NCBI GenBank assembly: GCA_964581705.1
Contig: CAZOPM010000002.1
Coordinates: 1,687-65,686, forward strand
Origin: an uncultured Candidatus Izemoplasmatales bacterium
GTDB taxonomy: Bacteria > Bacillota_I > Bacilli_A > Izemoplasmatales > Izemoplasmataceae
Reading direction: 5' to 3'
Length of the DNA: 64,000 bases
Made by a program: the position numbers and the translations under genes. The notes beneath the pieces were generated by a model that was not told the DNA's origin, ran no database searches, and saw only the letters and a list, made by a program, of their open reading frames with translations. Positions 53,255-62,846 of this stretch are shown here, in pieces. The first letter of the stretch is position 1, and each line of letters opens with the position of its first letter.

Positions 53255-54066
53255 ACATCTTCATTGCAGGACTGGGTGTGATTGGTGCGTCCTATGCGCA
53301 AAACCTCCACACGCTGGGGCATCGCGTCTTTGGGTATGATCCGTTTACCGAGGCGATGCATTCGCTTGAAAATCATGGTATCCTTAAAGCGTCCACTCCC
53401 CGCGCCATGCGCGAATGCGACCTCGTTATCCTTGCGATGCCCCCACGGCTCATGGTGCCGTTTGTACGCACCCACGCTCAGCATTTGACCACGGGAACCA
53501 TCCTCACAGACGTGGCGGGTGTCAAAGAGAAAACCATTGAAGAAATAAACACCGTGGTACCCAAAGGGGTCCACTATATTTCCCATCATCCCATGGCCGG
53601 AAAGGAACAAAGCGGCTATGCTGCGCGCGATGCGCGTATGTTCGACGGTAAAAACGTCATTATGATCGATGAGGGGGATATCGACTTGTCTTCAGCACAA
53701 ATTCTAAAAAGTGTTCTTCTCGCCATGGGCTTCAAAGCACCTGTGTGGCTGAGCGCTTCGGCGCATGACGATGAGATTGCCCACACATCGCAGATTCCTC
53801 ACCTTTTAGCTTGTGCACTGGTGGAAGGGGCGGACGCCTCTACGCCGCAAGCGGCGGGCAACTCATTTTATGAACTCACGCGCATCGCCAATATCAACGC
53901 TGAACTGTGGAGCACGCTGTTTGTGGATAACACTACAGCATTACGAGAGCGCCTCCGCGCAATGCGCGACGCACTCGACCGCGTCGATGCTCTGCTTGAA
54001 CGTGGCGATGAACACGCACTTAGCAACTATTTAAAAAGCATCAAAAATAAAAAGCAGTCTTTTTGA
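53251..54066 (+). CDS. tyrA: prephenate dehydrogenase
   Basis: IAGLGVIGASYA Rossmann motif, the HPMAG motif, and operon context. Confidence 0.85.
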   Translation: MNIFIAGLGVIGASYAQNLHTLGHRVFGYDPFTEAMHSLENHGILKASTPRAMRECDLVILAMPPRLMVPFVRTHAQHLTTGTILTDVAGVKEKTIEEINTVVPKGVHYISHHPMAGKEQSGYAARDARMFDGKNVIMIDEGDIDLSSAQILKSVLLAMGFKAPVWLSASAHDDEIAHTSQIPHLLACALVEGADASTPQAAGNSFYELTRIANINAELWSTLFVDNTTALRERLRAMRDALDRVDALLERGDEHALSNYLKSIKNKKQSF

Positions 54067-54077
54067 GGAGGGCTATT

Positions 54078-55337
54078 ATGAATGTAACCATCACCCCTAC
54101 CCCACTAAGTGGGACCATCAAAGGCATTGCCTCGAAGTCACTGTCCCACCGTGCTTTAATCGCGGCGGCACTTAGTGAGGGAGAGAGCCGTCTTGAAAAT
54201 TTGCTGGACGCATCGGACATCAATGCATCGATAGAGGCATTGCGCGCGCTTGGGGCTAGTGCAAAGGGCGCGCGCATCACAGGACCGCTTAACCCAAAGG
54301 GCCATCCGCAGATCGACTGCATCGAATCGGGGTCGACTGTACGGTTTTTGATTCCAATCGCCGCAGCCTACGATGTGCCTGTGACATTCACAGGCAGTGG
54401 TCGTCTGCCCAAGCGTCCCCTCGATGTTTATGAAACACTGTTCAAGGCCAAGGGTGTGCGTTATGAACGCCCCGAACAAACCCATCTGCCCCTCACTCTT
54501 GAGGGCCCGCTGCCCAGTGGGACCTACAAAGTCCCTGGAAACATCAGTTCGCAGTTCATTACTGGATTGTTGTTTGCACTGCCTTTGGTGGAAGGAGATT
54601 CAGTGATTGAAGTGGAAGAACCCTTTGAGTCCAAAGCGTATGTCGACCTTACCCTGGCGACCCTTAAACGTTTTGGTATCAAGGTCACTCCCACGCCAAG
54701 ACGCTATCAAATTCCCGGTAATCAGACCTACACCCCTGCAAATATGCGTGTAGAGGCCGATTATTCGCAGGCAGCATTCTTCCTCGTGGGCGGCCTCATC
54801 GGCGAGCCCATAACAGTTGAAGGGCTCCACCCCGAATCCATGCAGGGGGATAAGAAAATCATTGAACTTATCACTGCGATGAATGGTCGTTTGGAAATGG
54901 TGGGAAGCACGATCACTGCCAAGCCTTCCAAAACCATCGGCAAGACGATTGATCTTTCTCAAATTCCTGATCTAGGTCCGATTCTCATGATCTTGGCCGC
55001 TCTTTGCACAGGCAAGAGTCGCTTTATCAATGCCGGGCGCTTGCGTCTTAAGGAATCGGACCGTCTTCAAAGCATGCACACGGTCCTTGAAGCGTTCGGT
55101 GTGCCCGTCAAAACCATGGAAACTTCCATGGAAATCACTGGCGTCAAACAGTTAAAAGGCAACATTACCATCGATTCGGACAACGACCACCGTGTGGCCA
55201 TGGCCGCTGCTATTGGTGCCATCCGTGCTGATGGTCCGGTGACGATTACGAATTTTGAAGCTGTAAATAAGTCCTACCCCAATTTCTTAGCGACCCTTAA
55301 AAACTTAGGCGGCACATTTAGGAGTGATGAACAGTGA
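54078..55337 (+). CDS. aroA: 3-phosphoshikimate 1-carboxyvinyltransferase (EPSP synthase)
   Basis: SKSLSHRALIAAAL and the LKESDR motif. GAGGAGGG SD lies 5 nt before ATG 54078. Confidence 0.9.
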   Translation: MNVTITPTPLSGTIKGIASKSLSHRALIAAALSEGESRLENLLDASDINASIEALRALGASAKGARITGPLNPKGHPQIDCIESGSTVRFLIPIAAAYDVPVTFTGSGRLPKRPLDVYETLFKAKGVRYERPEQTHLPLTLEGPLPSGTYKVPGNISSQFITGLLFALPLVEGDSVIEVEEPFESKAYVDLTLATLKRFGIKVTPTPRRYQIPGNQTYTPANMRVEADYSQAAFFLVGGLIGEPITVEGLHPESMQGDKKIIELITAMNGRLEMVGSTITAKPSKTIGKTIDLSQIPDLGPILMILAALCTGKSRFINAGRLRLKESDRLQSMHTVLEAFGVPVKTMETSMEITGVKQLKGNITIDSDNDHRVAMAAAIGAIRADGPVTITNFEAVNKSYPNFLATLKNLGGTFRSDEQ

Positions 55338-56341
55338 ATACAACCGGCAGCCTTTTCAAAGTGACGCTGTATGGTGAGAGTCACCAGCGCGCCATCGGCG
55401 TTGTCATCGACGGTGTGCTTCCTGGCACACGGATTGATGAAGCGGCTATCCGCGAGGACCTCAAGCGAAGAAACCCCAATGCGGTAGGAACTACCCCTCG
55501 AAAAGAGGCGGATGCCTTTACAATCACCTCGGGCGTCGTGGAGGGTGTGGCCACGGGGTCTCCTGTGCACCTGACAATCGAAAATACCAATGTGCGCTCC
55601 AAGGACTATACATCACTTAAGCACCATCCTCGCCCTGGGCATGCGGATTACGTAGCCGCAAGAAAATATGGCGGCTTCCATGATTACCGTGGGGGTGGGC
55701 GCTTTTCAGGCCGTCTGACCGCCCCGCTTGTAGCGGCGGGCGCGATTGCCAAGGGAATGGTGCCCATGAAATTTTCCCATCATTTGGTTCAGCTGGGCTC
55801 GCTCAAGGATTTATCACAGATGGATGCGTATCTCCAGACGATCAAAGACGAAGGAGACTCCGTTGGTGGCATCATTGAACTCACGGTCACTGAAATGCCC
55901 GTGGGACTGGGCGAACCGATGTTTAAAAAACTTGAAAGTGAAGTCGCTTCGATTTTATTTGCAGTGCCTGCAGTCAAAGGCGTGCAAGTAGGGACTGCCT
56001 TTGACGGCATCGAAATGAAGGGCAGTGAATTCAACGATGCCTACACGGACGCAGAAGGCACCACAAGGACCAATCACGCCGGCGGCGTATCGGGCGGTAT
56101 TTCCAATGGCAATCCCCTGCGTGTGCGTGTGTTTGTCAAACCCACCTCCTCGATCAAGAAGGAACAATCCACCTATCACAACCAAGAAGGCAAGGAAGCA
56201 TCCATGGCCATTAAAGGGCGCCATGACGTTGCTATTGCTCGGCGCGCAGGCATTGTGCTTGAAAACATGCTCGCACTAACCCTTGCCGACCTATATTTAC
56301 TCAAACGCGCCAATGAAGTTCCTACAAGCACCATTCGCTGA
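55334..56341 (+). CDS. aroC: chorismate synthase
   Basis: GESHQ, RPGHADY, GGGRFSGR and the KGRHD motif. GTG start overlaps the aroA stop. Confidence 0.9.
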   Translation: MNTTGSLFKVTLYGESHQRAIGVVIDGVLPGTRIDEAAIREDLKRRNPNAVGTTPRKEADAFTITSGVVEGVATGSPVHLTIENTNVRSKDYTSLKHHPRPGHADYVAARKYGGFHDYRGGGRFSGRLTAPLVAAGAIAKGMVPMKFSHHLVQLGSLKDLSQMDAYLQTIKDEGDSVGGIIELTVTEMPVGLGEPMFKKLESEVASILFAVPAVKGVQVGTAFDGIEMKGSEFNDAYTDAEGTTRTNHAGGVSGGISNGNPLRVRVFVKPTSSIKKEQSTYHNQEGKEASMAIKGRHDVAIARRAGIVLENMLALTLADLYLLKRANEVPTSTIR

Positions 56342-56371
56342 CCCAATGCCACTGAGCATTGGGTTTTTTTG
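56341..56371 (+). terminator. intrinsic terminator of the aro operon
   Basis: ACCCAATGC/GCATTGGGT stem followed by T7. Confidence 0.85.
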
Positions 56372-56451
56372 TACAGCGTTTTTCAATAACGATTTGTAAT
56401 ACAAAATAAAAAGGTGTAAGATGGGAATAGATAGAACAAGGGGGTCCAATC

Positions 56452-56949
56452 ATGCAGAAGAAAAAATCATTTGTCGCAATGTTTATCGCATTGCTTTTCC
56501 TTTGGATGATGCTTGCACCGAGGCTCAGCGTTCCACAGCTAATCATCGGTTCTGGTGCATCGCTAATTGTACTTTTTTATAGTCATGACTTGCTTTTTAA
56601 CAATGATGAAGCGGCTGTGTTCACTGTGCGCAACAGTTTTACCATTATTGGTCTTTTTGGTATTTTGCTCAAAGACATTGTTGTTGCCAATATCGACGTA
56701 GCGCGTATTGTCCTGCGTCCCTCGCTGCCAATTGAACCTACGTGGCAGTCCCTTCGCCAGCCGCTTAAACGGCCCTTGCTTCAAGCGCTTTACGGCAATT
56801 CCATCACGCTTACACCGGGGACGCTGAGTGTGATTGTCAATGAGAATGAAATTTTGATTCACACGCTTACGCAGAGTGCTGCAAAGAATGTTGCTACATC
56901 GAAAATCAAAACCATGTTTGAACGTCTCGATGGCGGTGGTGCACGGTGA
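56452..56949 (+). CDS. mrpE: Na+/H+ antiporter (Mrp/Mnh) subunit E
   Basis: 165-aa MnhE-like protein (2-3 TM plus a soluble tail). It is the first gene of a tightly overlapping operon. Confidence 0.75.
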   Translation: MQKKKSFVAMFIALLFLWMMLAPRLSVPQLIIGSGASLIVLFYSHDLLFNNDEAAVFTVRNSFTIIGLFGILLKDIVVANIDVARIVLRPSLPIEPTWQSLRQPLKRPLLQALYGNSITLTPGTLSVIVNENEILIHTLTQSAAKNVATSKIKTMFERLDGGGAR

Positions 56950-57209
56950 ATACCTTTTTGCTTGTTATAGCTTCGGTGCTCATCGTTTTGTCATTTGCGA
57001 GTCTGTACCGGGCCTTTAAGGGACCCACAGTGGCTGACCGCGTGGCGGCGATCAATGTTGTTTCTATTAAAGTAACGGCAGTGATTGTGCTGTTTTCTGT
57101 GGCGATTGATGAATTGGGCTATATCAATGTGGCGCTCGTTTATGCGATGATCGCTTACGTAGCCACCCTGGGTGTGGCGAAGTATTTACGTAAAGGGGCG
57201 CTTGATTGA
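56946..57209 (+). CDS. mrpF: Mrp/Mnh subunit F
   Basis: 87 aa, 3 TM, with the GPTVADRVAAIN motif typical of MnhF. Confidence 0.8.
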   Translation: MNTFLLVIASVLIVLSFASLYRAFKGPTVADRVAAINVVSIKVTAVIVLFSVAIDELGYINVALVYAMIAYVATLGVAKYLRKGALD

Positions 57210-57210
57210 T

Positions 57211-57516
57211 ATGGATAGTGCGATGAATTTGTTGAGTGCCGTATTGATTGTGCTGGGCGTGTTTTTCTTTTTTGTCGGTGTTGTAGGTCTGATTCGCATG
57301 CCCGATGTTTTTTCCCGGCTGCACGCCACAACCAAGGCTGATACCCTTGGTGCCGGGTTGGTGATTGTGGGTCTTGTGTTTCAAACGGGAATATCACGCG
57401 CAAGTGTGAGTCTGTTGATTGTGCTCGTATTTGTGTGGCTCACCAATCCTACCGCCGCGCATACGATTGCGGCGGCGCAATATGAGCGTGTTCAAAGGGG
57501 TGATGGCGATGATTGA
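57211..57516 (+). CDS. mrpG: Mrp/Mnh subunit G
   Basis: The GLIRMPDVFSRLHATTKADTLG motif. ATG 57211 lies 2 nt after the mrpF stop. Confidence 0.8.
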   Translation: MDSAMNLLSAVLIVLGVFFFFVGVVGLIRMPDVFSRLHATTKADTLGAGLVIVGLVFQTGISRASVSLLIVLVFVWLTNPTAAHTIAAAQYERVQRGDGDD

Positions 57517-57751
57517 GGTATTTAATGTCATACTGGTGATCTTTTTGATCGTATGCGCGCTCGCGGTTGAGCGGAGTAAGGATTTGTTAAGTGCCGTGGT
57601 TATTTTTGGAGCTTATTCTTTCATTATGGCCTTAATATGGCTATTGTTGAGAAGTCCTGATGTTGCCTTGACAGAAGCGGCGGTGGGCGCAGGGGTTACT
57701 ACGCTGCTTTTCATCGGCTTGATTTCACGCACAAGGCGGTGGGAACAATGA
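57509..57751 (+). CDS. MnhB N-terminal-like small membrane subunit (DUF4040 / MbhD-like)
   Basis: 80 aa, 3 TM, with SPDVALTEAAVGAG. The ATG overlaps the mrpG stop (ATGATTGA), and AAGGGG SD lies 8 nt upstream. Confidence 0.7.
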   Translation: MIEVFNVILVIFLIVCALAVERSKDLLSAVVIFGAYSFIMALIWLLLRSPDVALTEAAVGAGVTTLLFIGLISRTRRWEQ

Positions 57752-58044
57752 AGAAACTTTTCGCTCCCTTTGTCTTTATCACGCTGTTCGTTGTTTTGGC
57801 CTTCACCATTCTCTCCATGCCTAGCAGTGATTCCGTGGCGGGACCCGATTACAACGAGACCACTCATCATTATCTGAGTGAAGCCTTGGAAGAAACCGGT
57901 GCAACCAATGTGGTCGCTGCGGTGCTGACTGATTATCGTGCCTGGGATACGCTTGGTGAGACAATTGTGCTTTTCACAGCAATCGTCGCAGTGGTCAGTG
58001 TGCTGCGGAAACGTCCGACTGCGGAGGTGAAGCGTCATGAATGA
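57748..58044 (+). CDS. MnhB-related small subunit (MbhE-like)
   Basis: The NVVAAVLTDYRAWDTLGE motif characteristic of the MnhB domain. Confidence 0.7.
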   Translation: MKKLFAPFVFITLFVVLAFTILSMPSSDSVAGPDYNETTHHYLSEALEETGATNVVAAVLTDYRAWDTLGETIVLFTAIVAVVSVLRKRPTAEVKRHE

Positions 58045-58465
58045 CGTCATCGTCAGAGTCATTGCGCGCATCATGATTCCTTTTATCCAGCTTTATGGTA
58101 TATTCATCATTCTCAACGGTCACATTTCTCCAGGTGGCGGATTCGCCGGTGGCGCTCTTATAGGGGTGTCATTGATCATCTACACCCTTGTGTACGGCGT
58201 TGTGCCTGCGGAAAAGAAATTTTCCCATCGTCTGGGGGACCTCGCTGAGGCGGGGGGCATTTTGTTTTATATACTGATCGGTATGGTGGGGGTTGCCCTG
58301 GGTGGCGCTTTTTTAAGCAACCTGGATGTAGGGTTTCCCTCCGGTGAAGCAGGGGCGATTCTCTCTGGGGGAATGATTCCTTTGTTGATGATTGCTATTG
58401 GAATCAAAGTCACCTCTACCATCATTTCACTCTTTCATGCCATGATCGAGGAGGATCCACAATGA
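58037..58465 (+). CDS. mrpB: Mrp/Mnh subunit B core
   Basis: The NGHISPGGGFAGG motif, 4 TM. Confidence 0.8.
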   Translation: MNDVIVRVIARIMIPFIQLYGIFIILNGHISPGGGFAGGALIGVSLIIYTLVYGVVPAEKKFSHRLGDLAEAGGILFYILIGMVGVALGGAFLSNLDVGFPSGEAGAILSGGMIPLLMIAIGIKVTSTIISLFHAMIEEDPQ

Positions 58466-58842
58466 GTGTCTTTAGAAATATCATCGATCACATCAATCAT
58501 CTCGGCGCGGCTGCGTTGATTGTCATCGGGTTATATATTGTGGTGATGCACACCAATATGATCAAACGCATCATCGGCATCAATATACTGGGGACGGGTG
58601 TGTTTTACTTTTTTGTCTCAATTGGTTATGTCCGCGGTGGACGTCCTCCTATTGTCGGTGGGGAAGAAGACGTCTTGTATGTCAATCCCCTGCCATCAGT
58701 GCTCATTCTCACTGGCATCGTCGTGGTCGTTTCAATCACGGTATACGCAATGAGTTTGGCTGTCAAAATCTATGAAGGCTATGGCACCATGGACCAATCA
58801 GTGATTACCACGATGAAGGACGAGGGTGATGACAATGGTTGA
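58462..58842 (+). CDS. mrpC: Mrp/Mnh subunit C (NuoK-like)
   Basis: 126 aa, 3 TM, at the expected operon position. Confidence 0.8.
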   Translation: MSVFRNIIDHINHLGAAALIVIGLYIVVMHTNMIKRIIGINILGTGVFYFFVSIGYVRGGRPPIVGGEEDVLYVNPLPSVLILTGIVVVVSITVYAMSLAVKIYEGYGTMDQSVITTMKDEGDDNG

Positions 58843-60325
58843 AAATCTTCCTCTAATCAATCTTATGGTAATGCTGCTCACAGCGCTTTTGATTGTCTTT
58901 ATTCCTATTAAAGGGTTCAAGACAATCAAAATCATTGGGAGCGTATCGCTGAGTGTGGTGGGTGTCAATTCGGTATGGATTTTGCTCCATACGCTTCAAA
59001 ACGGTGCGTTTTCCTATGTGTTTGGCAACCACGCGCCCTTTTTGGGTGTAGAGATGCGCATCGATGTTTTCGCTGCGCTTTTCACGCTTTTTATCGGCGT
59101 GCTTGCTTTGCTGACGTTCATATATTCGGTAGGCTATGTGCACAAGGAAGTTGAACACAATCAGACGCCCCGTTATTATGTGCTCATGTTCATATTGTTC
59201 TTTGCGGCTTATGGCATAATATATACCCATGATCTTTTCAACACGTATGTATTTATGGAAATCCTTTCAATCACAGCGTGCGGAATCGTCTCCATCAAGC
59301 GCAAACGTAGAAATTACATGGCGGCGTTTCGCTATCTCATCTTGAATGAAATCGGTTCGCTTTCCTTTTTGTTCGGTGTTGCGCTGCTTTATATGATCAC
59401 CGGCTATACGAATATAACCCTTGTCAATGAGACGTTGAATGAGGTGTGGCATCTTTATCCCGCCAATATCATCGTTGCCGCAGGCTTCATGCTTACGGGT
59501 GTGGCGATTAAAGCGGCAATTTTCCCCTTTCACGTTTGGTTGCCTGATGCGCACTCCTCTGCGCCGATTCCTTCACATGCGATCTTATCGGCCGTCGTGC
59601 TCAAACTCAATCTATTGGTGTTTGTCAAGATTCTCTATCAGGTGATGGGGCCACAGATCATGACCGAACTCAATATTTCCCCCTTCATCACACTCATCGC
59701 CGCTGCGGCGATGATCATGGGCAGTATCTTCGCGATTGCCCAGCATGATATCAAGCGCATTCTAGCCTATTCATCGGTTGCCCAGGTGGGTTATATTGTC
59801 CTGGGGATTTCGCTGATGAGTCCACTTGGACAAAGTGCGGCTTATTATCATGTCTTTTCTCATGGAATGATGAAAAGCGCGCTCTTTTTCTCTGCGGGGT
59901 GCATTATTTATGCAACCAATATTCGCGATGTGCGCAAGTATGGTGGTTTGTTCAAAACCATGCCGATCACTGTGAGTGTGTTCTCCATCGCTGCAATGGG
60001 GATGATAGGCATTCCTCTGACCAGTGGTTTCTTGTCGAAATACTACCTGGGCATGGCCGCAATGGATGGGCATCTGCCCATTCTTGTGGGCGTTATTATT
60101 CTCTCTAGCATCCTCAATGCCGTTTATTATCTACCCATCGTCATCCGTGCGTTGCTTTATGACAATGCGGAAGAAGAAAGCCTTTCTTTGGACCGCGTGC
60201 CTATGAGTATGCTGGTGCCTGTGGGGATTTTTGGGGGCATGACACTTGTGCTTGGCATTTATCCCAATGTTTTGCTTGAATGGATTGAATCCGCGCTGAT
60301 TGTGGCACTGGGGGGATGGATGTGA
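58826..60325 (+). CDS. mrpD: Mrp/Mnh subunit D (NuoN/NuoM-like proton-pumping subunit)
   Basis: 499 aa, about 14 TM, with HVWLPDAHSSAP and the GMMKSALFF motif. Confidence 0.85.
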   Translation: MMTMVENLPLINLMVMLLTALLIVFIPIKGFKTIKIIGSVSLSVVGVNSVWILLHTLQNGAFSYVFGNHAPFLGVEMRIDVFAALFTLFIGVLALLTFIYSVGYVHKEVEHNQTPRYYVLMFILFFAAYGIIYTHDLFNTYVFMEILSITACGIVSIKRKRRNYMAAFRYLILNEIGSLSFLFGVALLYMITGYTNITLVNETLNEVWHLYPANIIVAAGFMLTGVAIKAAIFPFHVWLPDAHSSAPIPSHAILSAVVLKLNLLVFVKILYQVMGPQIMTELNISPFITLIAAAAMIMGSIFAIAQHDIKRILAYSSVAQVGYIVLGISLMSPLGQSAAYYHVFSHGMMKSALFFSAGCIIYATNIRDVRKYGGLFKTMPITVSVFSIAAMGMIGIPLTSGFLSKYYLGMAAMDGHLPILVGVIILSSILNAVYYLPIVIRALLYDNAEEESLSLDRVPMSMLVPVGIFGGMTLVLGIYPNVLLEWIESALIVALGGWM

Positions 60326-62451
60326 GTCAGATGAGAAAAGTCAAAAAGCCTTTGAAATATCGCCTCCACGATCTTTGGTGGAATTTCACGCTTCAGTCGG
60401 CGGTGTTAATCACTCTGAGCATTGCCATGCTTGGCGTGTTCATTCTTGCGTGGTTTGACGCAGGCGGTGTGCGAAGCACTGTGCTTGATGCGCGCTTGAT
60501 CGATTGGTTGGTCCATGCGGATTTTCTGCCCTTGATCATTCTCGCTCTGCCGGTATTTGGTGGGGTGTCACAACTGTTTGTGGGCGGTAAGACGTGTCAC
60601 CGCCGCGATCTCACTGTTGTCCTCAGTAGTTTTGTGACCATTGCGTTCATTTTGCTCACCTATCCCGCGGCGCATGGCGGTGGATTGTCATGGCGCGCTG
60701 AATGGTTCATGGGGATGGGCATCAGTTTTCATATCGACATGCTCGGATTTACCATGTTGCTGCTTACTGGCATATTGTGGTTTTTGGTGGGCGCGTATGG
60801 TCATGCTTATATGAAACACGAAAAACGCTGCAGTCGTTTTTCGTTGTTTCTCGCACTCACGTATGCTTCAGTTTTAGGGACGATTATGTCGGGCGATTTG
60901 CTCACGATGTTTATATTTTTCGAACTGATGACACTAACGTCCTACATGCTTGTGGTTCACGCACAAAAAACCAGCGCCTATAGCGCCGGATACAATTATA
61001 TTTTTATGGGATTGCTCGGTGGCTTTGCTATTTTGGCAGCGCTGATTCTCGTGCAGTTTTATATCGGCGATTTAACCTTCACAAGTGCAATTGCACGCCT
61101 TAGTGAGCTTGGGTCAATGCGTTATGTGATTGTGGGCTTGTTGTTTTTGGGATTCGGTGTCAAAGCAGGGATGGCGCCCGTACATGTGTGGCTCCCCCGC
61201 GCTCACCCTGTCGCCCCCACACCTGCGAGCGCGCTGCTCTCAGGTGTCATGATCAAAGTCGGCGCATTTGGAATGCTTCGCGTGGCGACAAGTTATTACT
61301 TCCCTCCAGTGGCCGAGGCGAGCGAATACTTATGGGAAACCTCGGAAATGATTGGTGCGGTTACGATCTGGGTCGGTATTCTCACGATGGCTATTGGTGT
61401 TTTTATGGCGCTGCAACAAGCCAATATTAAACGAATGCTCGCTTATCATTCGATTTCACAGATGGGATATATTGTTATGGGCATCGGTATTGCGCTTTAT
61501 CTTGGTGACCTCGGTGCGATGGGGTTCACCGGTGCGCTTTATCATATTATTAACCACGCGCTATTCAAGTCGCTTTTATTTATGGTCGCGGGCGTCATTT
61601 ACCTTAAAACCCGCGAATCCGACATGTACAAACTGGGTGGGCTTTACAAGGTGATGCCCATGACGGCCTTCCTTTGTCTCATCGCGGCCCTGGGAATTAC
61701 CGGTGTTCCCTTTTTCAATGGCTACGTATCCAAGACCATTCTTCACCACGGCATTGTGGAAGCCTATGAATATGGCCACGGCATGTTTCGTCTGGCGGAA
61801 TTTATGTTCACTGTCATTTCTGCGGGGACCGCGGCGAGTTTCATCAAACTCTATTACTATGTGTTTTTGAGAAAACGCACCACCCCCTACGCCCTTGAAG
61901 CGGGCAATGTCAGAAGCATGCATCTCGCCATGGGCATGATCGCTTTGCTTATCGTAGCAATCGGTGTCTTTCCGCATTTCATCCTCAACGCACTGATAAT
62001 CCCTGAACTGCAAATTATCAGTTACTCACCACAATTCATCGAAACCTACATCCAGGGCATGAGTTTGTTCACACTCTCCGATTTCGTTTCGATAGTGATC
62101 GCCTTTGCCCTGGGGACGCTGATATTCGTTTATGGACGCAAGTGGCATTTGTTCCATTTGAGACTGCCCGCATGGTTGCGTATTGAATACATTCTTATGT
62201 ATCCACTCAACCGGTTGATGAAATTTGCATGCAAGCACATGGACAACGAAGTATGCAGACTCGATTTAGTCAGCGAAAAGAAAATGAACCTCAAAGGCAG
62301 CGAAGACGTCGGTTTCTTAGAGCGCTTTATTATTGCAACAAACATGTTCACCCGCCGCTATGAGACGCCGATTATCAAAAGCGATGCCTTCATCTATACA
62401 CTGTTTTTAACGGCACTGATCATCTTCATGACGGTTGTCATTATGTTATAA
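60316..62451 (+). CDS. second large NuoL/MrpA-MrpD-like antiporter subunit
   Basis: 711 aa with HVWLPRAHPVAPTPASALLSG and HALFKSLLFM motifs plus a C-terminal extension. The exact start is uncertain (ATG 60316, GTG 60322 or ATG 60331). Confidence 0.8.
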   Translation: MDVSQMRKVKKPLKYRLHDLWWNFTLQSAVLITLSIAMLGVFILAWFDAGGVRSTVLDARLIDWLVHADFLPLIILALPVFGGVSQLFVGGKTCHRRDLTVVLSSFVTIAFILLTYPAAHGGGLSWRAEWFMGMGISFHIDMLGFTMLLLTGILWFLVGAYGHAYMKHEKRCSRFSLFLALTYASVLGTIMSGDLLTMFIFFELMTLTSYMLVVHAQKTSAYSAGYNYIFMGLLGGFAILAALILVQFYIGDLTFTSAIARLSELGSMRYVIVGLLFLGFGVKAGMAPVHVWLPRAHPVAPTPASALLSGVMIKVGAFGMLRVATSYYFPPVAEASEYLWETSEMIGAVTIWVGILTMAIGVFMALQQANIKRMLAYHSISQMGYIVMGIGIALYLGDLGAMGFTGALYHIINHALFKSLLFMVAGVIYLKTRESDMYKLGGLYKVMPMTAFLCLIAALGITGVPFFNGYVSKTILHHGIVEAYEYGHGMFRLAEFMFTVISAGTAASFIKLYYYVFLRKRTTPYALEAGNVRSMHLAMGMIALLIVAIGVFPHFILNALIIPELQIISYSPQFIETYIQGMSLFTLSDFVSIVIAFALGTLIFVYGRKWHLFHLRLPAWLRIEYILMYPLNRLMKFACKHMDNEVCRLDLVSEKKMNLKGSEDVGFLERFIIATNMFTRRYETPIIKSDAFIYTLFLTALIIFMTVVIML

Positions 62452-62477
62452 AAAAAGTCCGCGTGCGCGGACTTTTG
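62451..62477. terminator. bidirectional terminator (mrp operon / small membrane protein gene)
   Basis: AAAAAAGTCCGCG-TG-CGCGGACTTTT. Confidence 0.85.
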
Positions 62478-62478
62478 A

Positions 62479-62715
62479 TTAGTAAGCTTTAAAAAGCAGT
62501 TTAACGAGTTCGGATACGACCACGGTGAGCAAGAGCCATATCATATAGGCGATGATTACGTGGAGGATGTGACCAAAAAAGAGTGTCATGAGTGAAATTG
62601 CCAGTGCTCCAAGAAGCAGTTTGGGCATTATTTCATATTCCTCTTGTATTTGTGTGCCAATTAAGTAACCGGAGAAAATGCCGTAGCCAATCTGTAAAAC
62701 AAATATGAATATCAT
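62479..62715 (-). CDS. small membrane protein (2-3 TM), unknown
   Basis: 78-aa hydrophobic ORF between a terminator and a promoter region. Confidence 0.5.
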   Translation of the reverse strand: MIFIFVLQIGYGIFSGYLIGTQIQEEYEIMPKLLLGALAISLMTLFFGHILHVIIAYMIWLLLTVVVSELVKLLFKAY

Positions 62716-62846
62716 CGAATCAGTCCTTCTTAGTCTATTATACTATACTCATGAAAGTTTTTACAGAAAAATTGCAAAGCATGGCATGTTAACAAAACTA
62801 AGCTTATGGCTTATAATGACATTACGACTTATATGAAGGTGATACA

